A DNA stretch of 52,173 bases. Origin: an uncultured Thiotrichales bacterium. GTDB lineage: Bacteria; Pseudomonadota; Gammaproteobacteria; UWMA-0217. Each line of letters opens with the position of its first letter. The first letter of the stretch is position 1. The position numbers were made by a program, and so were the translations under genes. Below, piece after piece: positions 1 to 10,300 of the stretch. The notes under the pieces were generated by a model. That model did no database searches. It was not told where the DNA came from and saw only the letters and a program-made list of their open reading frames with translations. The stretch is taken from contig CAZTJP010000002.1 of the NCBI GenBank assembly GCA_964613895.1, forward strand, positions 1 to 52,173. The letters run 5' to 3'.

Positions 1-115
1 ACGGCATTGCGGATGATCACCCGGTACTTGAAGCGGTTGGTGCGTTGTTCGATGCCTTGCAATCCGGGTTATCCGCGATTGAAGGAGCGAGATCCTGACA
101 TTGGGCTGCCGCAGC

Positions 116-141
116 CGTGATCCTGTGAGAAATGCGGGCTA
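116..141. repeat. REP-like intergenic repeat, single-arm copy
   Basis: The 26 nt cgtgatcctgtgagaaatgcgggcta are the exact reverse complement of 52089..52114. This copy overlaps the first ATG (132) of the next ORF. Confidence 0.7.
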
Positions 142-1136
142 ACGGTATGATCGATCTTCCTGCCATTGTCATCGCCTTCCTCGTCGGCTTTGCGATGAAG
201 TACGGTGGCTTATGCACCTATGCCGCTGCGCAGCAAATCATTCGCGAAAAGCGTTTTGATCGCCTGCTGGCCTTTCTTGGTGCGGCCGGCTGGGCGACGC
301 TGCTGGTGGTGCCGCTGGCCTGGTTGCAACCGGAGGTGCTGCGACTCAGCGCCACGCATGATCAATGGAACATGGTGCTGCTCGGCGGTGTCTTGCTGGG
401 AGCAGGCGCCTGGCTGAATCGCGGTTGCGTATTCGGTACTTTCGTGCAGCTTACCGGTGGCAACCTGAACTATGTGGCGACACTGGTGGGCATGGTAGCC
501 GGGGCGGTCCTGGCCAGATACGGTCTGTCCGATATGGCACCGCTACGGACCGAATCCACCCTGGTGGCTGAACCCGGCACCGCGGCCATATTCTGGTTGG
601 CGGTGGCGGCTTTACCGGCATTGTCTCGTACCGTTGCCTGGTCTTCGCAGGCTGCGACCAGGCGCTTGCAATGGCAACCGCTGCCGACGGTGCTCGTGGC
701 GGTGATCCTCGGTGCTGGTGGTGGCTGGTTGTTTGGCACGGTCAATGGCTGGGATTTCGCCTCGGTGCTGATGCGTTATGCCTGGCACAGTTTGCACCTC
801 ACCACGACCAGTCCTACTGCGCTCGCGGTTGGTTGCACCCTGGCCATGGTTGCTGGCGGAGTCACCGCAGCGGTCAGGCAAAGCCGATTCAACTGGCAAG
901 CGCCAGCGATGGGCACGGCAATGGCCTGTCTGGGTGGAGGCATGCTGATGGGGTTGGCTGCGGTCATCCTGCCCGGCGGCAACGATGGTCTGTTGTTGAG
1001 TGGCATACCCGGGATGGCACCACATGCGCTGCTTGGTTTTGTGGTGATGCTTGCTTCGATACTGTTGTTGCTTGCGCTGTTGCCGAATGACAAGGGATTT
1101 TCCATCGGTGGCCGAATGTCGGCGCATGGCCGGTAA
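132..1136 (+). CDS. Polytopic membrane protein, YeeE/YedE-like (sulfur-transport family) candidate
   Basis: 334-aa ORF, hydrophobic throughout. Two Cys-in-helix motifs (GGLCTY, NRGCVFGT) in two half-repeats, as in YeeE/YedE proteins. The alternative start ATG 147 (MIDLPAIV...) avoids the REP copy. Family call is from motif memory only. Confidence 0.5.
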   Translation: MRANGMIDLPAIVIAFLVGFAMKYGGLCTYAAAQQIIREKRFDRLLAFLGAAGWATLLVVPLAWLQPEVLRLSATHDQWNMVLLGGVLLGAGAWLNRGCVFGTFVQLTGGNLNYVATLVGMVAGAVLARYGLSDMAPLRTESTLVAEPGTAAIFWLAVAALPALSRTVAWSSQAATRRLQWQPLPTVLVAVILGAGGGWLFGTVNGWDFASVLMRYAWHSLHLTTTSPTALAVGCTLAMVAGGVTAAVRQSRFNWQAPAMGTAMACLGGGMLMGLAAVILPGGNDGLLLSGIPGMAPHALLGFVVMLASILLLLALLPNDKGFSIGGRMSAHGR

Positions 1137-1246
1137 GGGCGTGCGAGTCGATGTTGGTGAAGCCGCAGAAGTCTGCTGGAAATTCCTGAGGGGCAGGCGG
1201 GTTACGCTATGCTCGTGATATCCAAGGCTCGAGGAGATTCGATACC

Positions 1247-1705
1247 ATGAAAGACTACAAAAAAGATCCTGACGCCATTGCGCGGCTCGACCCGGAGCAA
1301 TATCGCGTCACCCAGGAAAATGCGACCGAAAGGCCGGGCAGCGGAGAATATCTGCACAATGACGAACCCGGCCTGTACGTCGATATCGTCTCGGGAGAAC
1401 CGTTGTTCACCTCGCGCGACAAGTTCGACTCGGGTTGCGGTTGGCCGAGTTTTGCCAAACCGGTCAGTGAGGCGTTCATCAAAGAAGTCCGTGATACCAG
1501 TCACGGCATGATCCGGACCGAAGTACGTTCCAGCTATGGAGATTCGCATCTCGGACATGTCTTTCCCGACGGACCTCAGGAGCTGGGTGGATTGCGCTAT
1601 TGCATCAACTCAGCCTCACTGCGCTTCATCCCGCTGGATGAGATGGAAGCGGAAGGTTATGGCGACTATATCCCGATGGTGACCGGAGAAGCGCATGGCA
1701 ACTGA
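1247..1705 (+). CDS. msrB: Peptide-methionine (R)-S-oxide reductase MsrB
   Basis: 152 aa with SelR hallmarks: [38 protein letters not shown] upstream of the ATG. Confidence 0.95.
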   Translation: MKDYKKDPDAIARLDPEQYRVTQENATERPGSGEYLHNDEPGLYVDIVSGEPLFTSRDKFDSGCGWPSFAKPVSEAFIKEVRDTSHGMIRTEVRSSYGDSHLGHVFPDGPQELGGLRYCINSASLRFIPLDEMEAEGYGDYIPMVTGEAHGN

Positions 1706-2192
1706 AAAGGCAATCCTGGCTGGCGGCTGTTTCTGGGGTATGCAAGACCTGTTTCGCAAGCAACCAGGCGTGCTGCGTACCCGCGTGGGTTACACCGGCG
1801 ATCCGAATACCCCCCATGCCACCTACCGCAACCACGGCAATCACGCCGAGGCCATCGAGATCGAGTTCGATAATGAGCAGACCAGTTATCGCAAATTGCT
1901 GGCTTTCTTCTTCCAGATCCATGATCCGACGACGCCGAACCGTCAGGGGAATGACCTTGGTCCATCCTACCGTTCGGAGATTTTCTACACCACGGATGAG
2001 CAACGCCGCGTGGCTCTGAAAACCATCGAGGACGTGAATGCATCCGGGCGATGGCCGGGGCCCGTGGTCACCCGTGTCAGCGCCGCGGGCGATTTTTGGG
2101 AAGCAGAGCCGGAACATCAGGATTATCTCGAACGTCATCCAGGCGGTTATACTTGCCATTTCCCGCGCACCGACTGGGTGCTGCCGGATTGA
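1695..2192 (+). CDS. msrA: Peptide-methionine (S)-S-oxide reductase MsrA
   Basis: 165 aa with [11 protein letters not shown] catalytic motif, [10 protein letters not shown], and [11 protein letters not shown]. Overlaps msrB by 11 nt. Confidence 0.95.
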   Translation: MATEKAILAGGCFWGMQDLFRKQPGVLRTRVGYTGDPNTPHATYRNHGNHAEAIEIEFDNEQTSYRKLLAFFFQIHDPTTPNRQGNDLGPSYRSEIFYTTDEQRRVALKTIEDVNASGRWPGPVVTRVSAAGDFWEAEPEHQDYLERHPGGYTCHFPRTDWVLPD

Positions 2193-2680
2193 TGCGGGCC
2201 GGATTCGGTGGCGGCTGTCACTGGTGCACCGAAGCCGTTTTTCAGGCCCTGCCTGGTGTCGAAAAGGTCGAGCAGGGGTATATCCGTTCCATCCCCCCCG
2301 ACGATGACTGGTCCGAAGCCGTGGTTGTACACTTCTCGCCCGCATCGATCGATCTGGATACCTTGATCGAGGTGCACCTGCGAACGCATTCCGCAACCAG
2401 CCGACATGTGCTGCGACACCGCTATCGCAGTGCGGTGTATGCATTCGACGATGATCAGGCACGGCGGGCGCAGCAGATCATGACGGCGCTGCAACGTCAG
2501 TTCAGTCAACCTCTGGTCACCAGAGTGTTGCCCTTTGCTGGATTTCGAGCCTCTCAGCCACGTTACCAAAACTATTACCGCAAACACCCCGAAGCGGCGT
2601 TTTGTCAGCGGTACATCGAGCCCAAACTGGCCCGGATCCGGCAATACGATCAGAGCCATGTGCTCAAGGCTGACAAATAA
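2192..2680 (+). CDS. Divergent MsrA-family paralog
   Basis: The internal ATG at 2192 overlaps the msrA stop by 1 nt. Product starts [30 protein letters not shown] and retains RYRSAVYAF and a YQNYYRKHP...FCQRYIEPKL tail like MsrA. It lacks the usual NPTYE/TGH segment. Confidence 0.6.
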   Translation: MRAGFGGGCHWCTEAVFQALPGVEKVEQGYIRSIPPDDDWSEAVVVHFSPASIDLDTLIEVHLRTHSATSRHVLRHRYRSAVYAFDDDQARRAQQIMTALQRQFSQPLVTRVLPFAGFRASQPRYQNYYRKHPEAAFCQRYIEPKLARIRQYDQSHVLKADK

Positions 2681-2695
2681 TGCTCACGTCCTGGC

Positions 2696-2756
2696 GCGGG
2701 TTTCTCACAGGGTCACCTGCGACCGCTGAAGCGACCACCGTGGAGTGGGTATCGGG
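2696..2756. repeat. Degenerate REP-like element
   Basis: gcgggtttctcacaggg (2696..2712) resembles the left arm of the 52088..52157 element. A decayed opposing arm ccgtggagtgggtatcggg lies at 2738..2756. Confidence 0.35.
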
Positions 2757-2777
2757 AGCGGGCGCGTCTCAACCGGG

Positions 2778-2806
2778 TTGACATTCATCCGTCGCAGGCA
2801 TACATT
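2778..2806 (+). promoter_or_regulatory. Sigma70-like promoter for the rubrerythrin operon
   Basis: TTGACA (2778..2783), a 17-nt spacer, then TACATT (2801..2806), about 70 nt upstream of the rubrerythrin ATG. Confidence 0.5.
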
Positions 2807-2815
2807 ATTCACGTC

Positions 2816-2836
2816 GATTTAGAATCGTTCTAAATC
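2816..2836. promoter_or_regulatory. Perfect 9-3-9 palindromic operator candidate
   Basis: GATTTAGAA-TCG-TTCTAAATC is a perfect inverted repeat immediately downstream of the -10 element, a repressor-type position. The cognate regulator is unknown. Confidence 0.55.
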
Positions 2837-2878
2837 TATCTGGTTCTTATTTTCATTCGATCATTTGAGGAGATTCTG

Positions 2879-3295
2879 ATGGAGCTGAAAGGCAGTAAAA
2901 CCGAACAAGCCCTGAAAGACGCGTTTGCGGGCGAATCGCAAGCCAATCGTCGTTACCTGTACTTCGCGGCCAAGGCCGATGTGGAAGGCTACAACGACAT
3001 CTCGGCGGTTTTCCGCTCGACTGCTGAAGGGGAGACTGGCCACGCGCACGGCCATCTGGAGTATCTCGAGGCATCGGGCGATCCGGCGACTGGCTTGCCG
3101 ATCGGCGGCACCGCGGACAATCTGAAGTCAGCCATCGCGGGTGAAACCCACGAGTACACCGACATGTACCCGGGCATGGCGAAAACCGCGCGCGAGGAAG
3201 GTTTCGACGAGATCGCGGATTGGTTCGAAACCCTGGCGAAGGCGGAGCGTTCGCACGCCAATCGTTTCCAGAAAGCGCTGGATTCGATGGAGTAA
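2879..3295 (+). CDS. Rubrerythrin-family diiron protein (ferritin-like domain only, no rubredoxin domain)
   Basis: 138 aa. N-terminus [28 protein letters not shown] and paired E..H ligand motifs ([29 protein letters not shown]). GAGGAG RBS upstream. Confidence 0.85.
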   Translation: MELKGSKTEQALKDAFAGESQANRRYLYFAAKADVEGYNDISAVFRSTAEGETGHAHGHLEYLEASGDPATGLPIGGTADNLKSAIAGETHEYTDMYPGMAKTAREEGFDEIADWFETLAKAERSHANRFQKALDSME

Positions 3296-3312
3296 TTAAA
3301 CTCCCGTCATGG

Positions 3313-3349
3313 CGGGCGGCTGGGTGTTCTCAACCGCCCGTTTTCGTTT
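3313..3349 (+). terminator. Hairpin plus T-tract (terminator or attenuator) after the rubrerythrin gene
   Basis: cgggcgg (3313..3319) pairs with ccgcccg (3334..3340) and is followed by ttttcgttt. It lies between the rubrerythrin gene and the Fe-S protein gene. Confidence 0.45.
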
Positions 3350-3375
3350 CCCCGAGGTGTTCACGCGAGGTTTCC

Positions 3376-4722
3376 ATGGCACAGTCACCCACTGGATCGA
3401 GAGAAGGTTCACTGGAAGCACCCACCCGGCATGCGGTGGACTGGAAGAATCCCGAATTCTACGATGAGGCAGCCTGTTTCAAGGAATTGGAGCGGGTTTT
3501 CGATATCTGTCACGGTTGTCGCCGCTGCGTGAGCCTATGCCAGTCCTTTCCCACCTTGTTCGATCTGGTCGATGAATCGGATACCTTTGAAGTCGATGGC
3601 GTGGCGAAAGAGGATTACTGGAAGGTCGTCGATCAGTGCTACCTTTGTGACCTTTGTTACATGACCAAGTGTCCCTATGTGCCGCCTCACGAGTGGAATG
3701 TCGATTATCCGCATTTGATGCTGCGGGCCAAGGCGATCAAGTTCAAAAAGGGGAATGTCAGCAGCCGAGACAAGCTGCTCACCTCCACCGACACGGTCGG
3801 CAAACTGGCAGGCATTCCAGTGGTCAGCGCGGTGGTGAATGCCTCCAACCGGAACCCGGCATTCCGCAAGTTGCTCGACAAGTCGCTGGGGGTGCACCCG
3901 GATGCCGTGGTGCCGGCCTATCACAGCAAGACAGCGCGCAAGCGTCTCAAAGGCCATCACAGCGCCGTCTCATCGCCGCAACCAGCGGGACGGACGCAGG
4001 GCAGGGTGGCGCTGTTCGCAACCTGTTATGGCAACTACAATCAGCCGCATCTTGCCGAGGATCTGACGGCAGTCATGGAGCACAACCGGATCGCGGTGAC
4101 GTTGGTCGAAAAGGAGCAATGTTGTGGCATGCCCAAGCTCGAACTGGGCGATCTCGAAGCAGTGGAACGGGCCAAGAATGCCAATATTCCGGCATTGCTG
4201 AAGATGATCGACGGCGGCTGGGATATCGTCGCGCCGATTCCTTCCTGTGTGCTGATGTTCAAGCAGGAACTGCCGTTGTTGTTTCCGGATGATGCGGATG
4301 TGAAAAAAGTGGCGCAACATATTTTCGATCCTTTCGAATATCTCATGCTGCGCCACAAGGAAGGTTTGCTGAATACCGACTTCAAGCAGCCATTGGGGCG
4401 CATCGATTACCATGCGGCCTGTCACTTGCGCGTCCAGAATATCGGACTGAAAACGCGTGAACTGCTGAGTCTGATCCCGGATACCGAAATCAAGACGCTG
4501 GAACGCTGTTCGGGCCACGACGGCACCTATGCGGTCAAGAGCGAGTTCCACGAAGCCTCGATGAAGATCTGTCGGCCGGTCTTCAATGCGGTGAAAAATG
4601 ATCAGCCTGACCATTATTCCAGTGATTGTCCGATGGCCGGCGCCCAGATCGAAAACGGCGTCGATGACGGCAGCCATGCGGAGCATCCGCTGAGCCTGCT
4701 GCGCCAGGCTTACGGTATCTGA
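3376..4722 (+). CDS. (Fe-S)-binding oxidoreductase with two CCG domains (HdrD/GlpC/GlcF-like)
   Basis: Start taken at internal ATG 3376 (MAQSPTG...). Two ferredoxin-type clusters (CHGCRRCVSLCQSFP; CYLCDLCYMTKCPYVPP). CCG-type motifs follow (EQCCGMPKL, IPSCVLMF; ERCSGHDG, SSDCPMAG). Confidence 0.8.
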   Translation: MAQSPTGSREGSLEAPTRHAVDWKNPEFYDEAACFKELERVFDICHGCRRCVSLCQSFPTLFDLVDESDTFEVDGVAKEDYWKVVDQCYLCDLCYMTKCPYVPPHEWNVDYPHLMLRAKAIKFKKGNVSSRDKLLTSTDTVGKLAGIPVVSAVVNASNRNPAFRKLLDKSLGVHPDAVVPAYHSKTARKRLKGHHSAVSSPQPAGRTQGRVALFATCYGNYNQPHLAEDLTAVMEHNRIAVTLVEKEQCCGMPKLELGDLEAVERAKNANIPALLKMIDGGWDIVAPIPSCVLMFKQELPLLFPDDADVKKVAQHIFDPFEYLMLRHKEGLLNTDFKQPLGRIDYHAACHLRVQNIGLKTRELLSLIPDTEIKTLERCSGHDGTYAVKSEFHEASMKICRPVFNAVKNDQPDHYSSDCPMAGAQIENGVDDGSHAEHPLSLLRQAYGI

Positions 4723-4739
4723 CCTTCCGATGAACCAAG

Positions 4740-5330
4740 GTGAATGACATGACACAACTGACTCGCCAGGATTTGATGTCGCTGGAAGAATACTCGATCA
4801 AACGCCCCGAGTTTCGCCAGCAGGTGATGGCGCACAAGAAAAACCGCGTGATCCCGGTCGGTCCCGCAATGATGATGTATTTCGAGGATCGCCTGACGAT
4901 GCAGTACCAGATCCAGGAGATGTTGCGGGTCGAGAAGATTTTCGATGCGGCGGGTATCCAGGAGGAACTGGATGCCTACAATCCGCTGATTCCCGACGGT
5001 TCCAACTGGAAAGCCACGCAAATGATCGAGTTCCCTGATCCCGCCGTGCGCGCGGCGGAACTGGCGAAGCTGATCGGCATCGAGAAAGCCACCTATGTGC
5101 AGGTCGAGGGGCATGACCGGGTTCACGCCATCGCCGATGAGGATCTCGAGCGCGACAATGACGAAAAGACCTCAAGCGTGCATTTCATGCGCTTTGAGTT
5201 GACCGGGCCGATGAAAGCGGATGTGCTCGATGGCGCCGCCATCACGGTGGGCGTCGATCATCCTCGATATCAACACGTCACCCGGCTCAACGATGCCCAG
5301 CGCGAGAGCCTCGCGAACGATCTTTCCTAG
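4740..5330 (+). CDS. DUF3501-like protein
   Basis: 196-aa soluble ORF directly after the CCG Fe-S protein. The size and pairing match my recollection of DUF3501 neighbourhoods. ATG 4749 with AAGG 8 nt upstream is the likelier start than GTG 4740. Confidence 0.55.
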   Translation: MNDMTQLTRQDLMSLEEYSIKRPEFRQQVMAHKKNRVIPVGPAMMMYFEDRLTMQYQIQEMLRVEKIFDAAGIQEELDAYNPLIPDGSNWKATQMIEFPDPAVRAAELAKLIGIEKATYVQVEGHDRVHAIADEDLERDNDEKTSSVHFMRFELTGPMKADVLDGAAITVGVDHPRYQHVTRLNDAQRESLANDLS

Positions 5331-5338
5331 TCTCAGGC

Positions 5339-6649
5339 TCAAGCCGGCTGCGCCCACAAGTCGTGCTCGTCGGCCGCGACCACCCGCACGGTGGCGAATT
5401 CGCCCACCGGAATGTGCTGGCCTTCGATGATCACCACGCCGTCGATTTCGGGCGCATCGGCGGCGCTGCGGGCCACGGTGTTGTCACCTTCGTGGCTGTC
5501 ACTCAGCACCGTCAGGGTTTGGCCGACCTTGTTCTGCAGCCGTTCACGGCTGATCCGGGCCTGGATCTCCATGAAGGTTTCCAGCCTTTCCTGCTTGACG
5601 GATTCGGGTACCGCGCCGGGCAGCGCATTGGCCGCCGCGCCTGCCACGGGTGAATAGGTGAAGCAGCCGACCCGGTCGAGTTGGGCGGCCTGAATGAAGT
5701 CCAGCAAGGTCTCGAAATCCTCATCGGTCTCACCGGGAAAGCCGACGATGAAGGTGCTGCGCAGCGTCAGCTCGGGGCAGGCCTGTCGCCATCTTTCGAT
5801 GCGTTCGAGCATCTTCTCCGCATGGGCGGGGCGTCGCATGGCCTTGAGAATACGGGGGCTGCCGTGTTGCAGCGGCACGTCCAGATAGGGCAGCACCGAT
5901 GAGTCGTTCATCAGCGGCACCAGGTTGTCCACATGGGGGTAGGGGTAGACATAATGGAGACGCACCCAGATGCCCAGCTCGCCCAGTGCCTCGGTCAGTG
6001 CCTGAATGTGGGTCTTGATCGGCCGGCCACGCCAGAAGCCGGTCTGGTATTTGCGGTCGACGCCATAGGCACTGGTGTCCTGGGAAATGACCAATAGCTC
6101 GCGAACGCCGGCCTCGGCCAGATTTTCCGCTTCCTGCAACACCTCACCAATGGGCCGGCTGACCAGATCGCCGCGGAACTGCGGAATGATGCAAAACGAG
6201 CAGCGGTGGTTGCAGCCTTCGGAAATCTTCAGATAGGCGTAGTGGCGTGGTGTGAGTTTGATGCCCTGTGGCGGGATCAGACTGCTGTGTGGATCATGTG
6301 GCGGCGGCAGGGTGCGATGGACGGCTTGCATGACCGCCTCATAGGCATGGGGGCCGGAGACTGCCAGCACGTCGGGATAGGCATTCAGCACCTTGTCGGC
6401 GTCGGCGCCGAGGCAGCCGGTGACGATGACCTGGCCGTTCTCCGCCAAGGCCTCGCCAATGGCTTCCAGCGATTCTTCGACGGCGGCGTCGATGAAGCCG
6501 CAGGTATTGACCACCACCGCATCGGCATCCTGGTACGAGGCGGAGATCTGATAGCCTTCCGCTCGCAGCCGGGTGAGGATGCGTTCCGAATCCACCAGCG
6601 CCTTGGGACAGCCCAGACTGACGAATCCAATCCGTGGCGCCGGGTTCAT
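5339..6649 (-). CDS. rimO: Ribosomal protein S12 methylthiotransferase RimO
   Basis: 436 aa. N-terminus [19 protein letters not shown], radical-SAM motif CNHRCSFC, and a C-terminal TRAM-like domain. Confidence 0.95.
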   Translation of the reverse strand: MNPAPRIGFVSLGCPKALVDSERILTRLRAEGYQISASYQDADAVVVNTCGFIDAAVEESLEAIGEALAENGQVIVTGCLGADADKVLNAYPDVLAVSGPHAYEAVMQAVHRTLPPPHDPHSSLIPPQGIKLTPRHYAYLKISEGCNHRCSFCIIPQFRGDLVSRPIGEVLQEAENLAEAGVRELLVISQDTSAYGVDRKYQTGFWRGRPIKTHIQALTEALGELGIWVRLHYVYPYPHVDNLVPLMNDSSVLPYLDVPLQHGSPRILKAMRRPAHAEKMLERIERWRQACPELTLRSTFIVGFPGETDEDFETLLDFIQAAQLDRVGCFTYSPVAGAAANALPGAVPESVKQERLETFMEIQARISRERLQNKVGQTLTVLSDSHEGDNTVARSAADAPEIDGVVIIEGQHIPVGEFATVRVVAADEHDLWAQPA

Positions 6650-7308
6650 GGCAGGTTTTCTTCGATGAAGGACTGAAAGTCTTCCGCCCGGACGATTTGC
6701 GTGCCGTCGCAGTTGAACTGCAGCCGGACGATCGACTGGACGATCGAGATCGTGGCATTGCGCAGATAGTAGTCATCCAGCGCCCGCAAGACGCCGAGGG
6801 TTTCGAAGATCCTGACGATTTCCGCCTCCGTCATCGGCTCCCAGCTCCGATGGCGGCGATTGAAAATATTCTTCCAGAAATCCGGCACCCGCTTGAAGTG
6901 CTCGTTGCCCAGCATGAAATCGTAGATCTCCTTCATCAGCTGGATCTTTTCATCGAACGGAATGGCGGGAAAATGCCGGTTGCAATAGGCTTTTTCCAAC
7001 AGCCGCTCAGCGGAATGGATCTCCTCGCGCAATGGGTCGAAGATCGAGCGCGTGCGTATCTCGGCATTGTTGAAGCCGATGAAGATGTGATACGGCGAAT
7101 GGTCGCGCATCAGCGCTTCCAGACAGGGCGCCAGCTGCGGATAGATCTCATCGAGAATGCTGGTATGCCGCGCCCGGCCCATGGCGGTCTCGCGCATCGA
7201 CGGGTCACCCTTGAGCCCGACCTGAAGGACATTGGGTTTCAGCCCGGTGGCGCTGACGATGGCCTCTTCGACGACGAGCTCTTCGAGCTCATGTCCGGAT
7301 TCGTTCAT
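6646..7308 (-). CDS. Hypothetical cytoplasmic protein, no family recognised
   Basis: 220-aa ORF whose stop overlaps the rimO start by 4 nt. Composition looks coding with no TM segments. It lies 83 nt downstream of bcsC on the same strand. Confidence 0.6.
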   Translation of the reverse strand: MNESGHELEELVVEEAIVSATGLKPNVLQVGLKGDPSMRETAMGRARHTSILDEIYPQLAPCLEALMRDHSPYHIFIGFNNAEIRTRSIFDPLREEIHSAERLLEKAYCNRHFPAIPFDEKIQLMKEIYDFMLGNEHFKRVPDFWKNIFNRRHRSWEPMTEAEIVRIFETLGVLRALDDYYLRNATISIVQSIVRLQFNCDGTQIVRAEDFQSFIEENLP

Positions 7309-7391
7309 GAGAACAGCAGTTGCGGAAAACCGCCATTATATACCGCCCCGCGGCTGCTCAGGCAGTCATCGTCAGCGTGCGTGTGTCAATC

Positions 7392-10300
7392 TCACCAGAG
7401 TTCGTGCAAGCGGTCTTCCACATCGTCACGGTGTTGCGGGAAGATATCGGTCCGCGGCAACTGATAGCGGCGCAGGAAGATCCCGGCCTGAAACTCCCGG
7501 AAGTCGTTGACATCGGTACCGCTGAGCCAGCCACCCAGCGCATACTGCCGGCCAATGGCGTATTCCAGTTCGGCGTGGATATTGTAGACGAACTCGTTCT
7601 TGTCCTCGGCGTCGTATTGGGTACGCACGGCACTGTTGACGGTATCATGAATTTCCTGCAACCGGGTCTGCAGTGGTGGATCGATCGGGAAAACATCCAC
7701 GGCGTCGGTTCTGAACTTCTGCTGGCCAAGATCGGCGCCCAGCCGCAGACTCAGCGGCCCGCGATCCATCTGGAAGTCCAGCGGCAATGAGACATTGACG
7801 TATTGCTGCGGGCTGAAGTAGCCGCCATGACCGAGGGTGAAGAAGTTCAGATTCTTCTCATACGCCATCCAGCGGCCATTGAGTCCGGTGGTGAAACGGG
7901 TCGACCCGTTGTCGAACAGCTTGAAATAGAAACCGGCCTTGGCTTCGGCGGAGCTGTTGTCGGCAACTGCCTGTCCGTCGTAGATGTGTGCGCCCAAATC
8001 GCCGTAGAAGCCGGCCTTCTCATCACCCAGCGTGAAATCGACATTGAAGCCGGTCTTGGCCACGGCGCCCCATTCCTGCTTGGTGTCCGGGTCTTTCAGG
8101 CCAGCGTAGGACAGCAGCGAGTCCTTGACCGCGCGGCGCGTCACATGGGCACCAAAGCGGGAGCGGTAGCTGCGATGTTGCCAATGCAGTCCGCCGAGCA
8201 GGGTGTTGATGCGAAATCCGATGGGGGTTACGCCAAGATCGAGCTTGTAATTCCTGCCCTGGATGAAACCGTTGACGCCAATGCCGACATCGGAAAAGCT
8301 GTAGGCGTTGTTGATGACCGGATCCCGTTCGCGCGGATCGTCGCTCTCGCGCGCCAGCACCAGTGCGCCGATGCGGTTGGGCGCCCCGACCTCCGGACGC
8401 GCCGTGCCGGCATCGACTGAAACCGCACGCACGCTCAGGCCAGAGGCGCTCTGATAGTCGCGGTAATTCTTCATCAGCAGCGGGACGGAAACCTCGGTCA
8501 GCTTGTCGATACCCTCATCGCCGTCACGCTGGCGCAGCCCCACGCCACCGAGGACGTTGTTGAGCTTGCGGTTGTTGAGGCGTCGCAGATCCTTGCGGGC
8601 CTCGAACTGCCAGCTTCCCGGACGGGCGTTGCCGAGCGTATCGCCACCACCGGAACCTGTCTCGGGACTGTTATAGGTGCGGTCGTCATAGTCATCGAAC
8701 AGTGACTGCTGCAGATCCTGGGCGGCGCCGTTGTAATCGCCTTTCAGGAGTTTCAGTTTGCCACGTAGCGCCAACAGTTCCGGGGCCTCGAGCACGGTCC
8801 GCAAGCCTTTGTCGACCACTTCACGGGCCTTGGTGAAGCGGGCCTGTTCCATCAACGAACCAGCCAGTCCGGCATAGGCAGCCCGGTAATTCGGGTCGGC
8901 GAACAGGATTTCGCGGTAGAGTTTCTGCGCCTTGTCGTGCTGGCCGCTTTCCTTGTAGATCGTAGCGCGTGACAGCTTCAGCTCCAGGTTCTTCTCGAAC
9001 CGCTTGCGCATCGGTTCGAGCACCGCCAACGCTTCCTTGTAGCGTCTCTGCTTGCGCAGATCGTCCGCTTTCTGCAATGACATGCCCAGCTTGAGATGCG
9101 CCAGGTCATCCTGCTGGGCGAAATCCATCGAATCCTTGCGGGCCTCGAGATCGGCCAGCACCGATTCGAGCATGTCGGTTTCGCGCGCCTTGAGCAGCAC
9201 GGTCGCCAATTGGGTCTTGAATGCGATATCGTCGGGGGTCGACAGCGTCTTCACCTGGTTGACGATCTTCATGGCTTCGTTGACATCGCCGATATCCGCC
9301 AGCAACTCGGCCCGGATCAGCATGGCCGAAGGATCGGATTGTTCGACGATCTTCATGGTGTCGATGATGTCCCGAACCGCGCCATAATCACCAATGGCGA
9401 CCAGTTGATCCGCTTCGAGCTTTTTCTGCTTGATCCAGAGCTGGCGGTAGACTTCGCGATAGAGCGCAGCTTCCCGCTTGTTGCGGTACGCCGGCGGGAT
9501 GCTCTCCAGCGCCACCAGTCCCTCGAACAGTTCGTTGAACTGGGCGTGGTACAAGGCCTTGGCGTGATAGGCCTCCGGATAGTTGGGATACATGGAGATC
9601 AACTGGTCCAGCAGCGACAGGGCGATCTTGGGCCGGCCGGCCTTGCGGTAATGACGCGCCAGATCGAGCCGAATCCAGGGATCTTGTGGTTGCAGACGTT
9701 GGGCGCGGGTCAGCAGCTTGATGGCTTCTTCATTGCTGCGGGCCTGGCCCGCCTCGGCACGCAATGCGGCGGCTTCGACCATATTGCGATAGCTGAGGTA
9801 GTCACTGTCCGGCAGGTTGTAGCGATGAATGATGCGGCCTGCGGCTTCCATGTCACCCATACCGGCGAGTGCACCGGCCAGGCCTTCCTGCGCATCACGG
9901 TTGTCGGGTTGCACGGCCAGCACCTGCTCGAAGTACTGTTTGGCGGTGGCGTTGTCTTTTTCACCGGCCGCAATGCGCGCCAGCAACAGCAGTGTGTCCG
10001 GATGGTCGGGGCGCATGGCCAGCGCCTGTAATGCCAGATCGCGCGCCTTGTCGGTCTCACCCTGTTTGTAGGCCCAAGAGGCATCGGAAAAGATGGCCCA
10101 GAAACGGGCTTCCTCGAGTGGTTGCTGCAAATCGGCATTGCGGCGTGGCGCGGCTTCGATCGCCAGTGACAGATAGCGTTCGGCTTCCTTGAAATTCTGC
10201 AGCCGCAAATGGGCAATGCCCAAACCCTTGAGCGCTTCGGCATCTCTGGGGTTGTGCTCGAGCAATCGCTGAAACTGGGCAATAGCCTCATCGGAGAGTT

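Noticed and set aside
1-75. A possible minus-strand gene start running off the left edge (…LQGIEQRTNRFKYRVIIRNA).
   Set aside because: Only about 20 codons are visible, preceded by an in-frame TAA, with only a TTG start and no RBS. I considered a RAYT or transposase next to the REP copy, but the peptide does not resemble the RAYT N-termini I know. The evidence is insufficient.
17-217. A 66-aa minus-strand ORF at the left edge.
   Set aside because: It overlaps the REP copy and the start of the YeeE-like gene. Its composition is low-complexity with no RBS.
3221-3236. A tRNA T-arm-like string, ggttcgaaaccctgg.
   Set aside because: It lies inside the rubrerythrin coding frame (DWFETLA) with no acceptor or anticodon arms around it.
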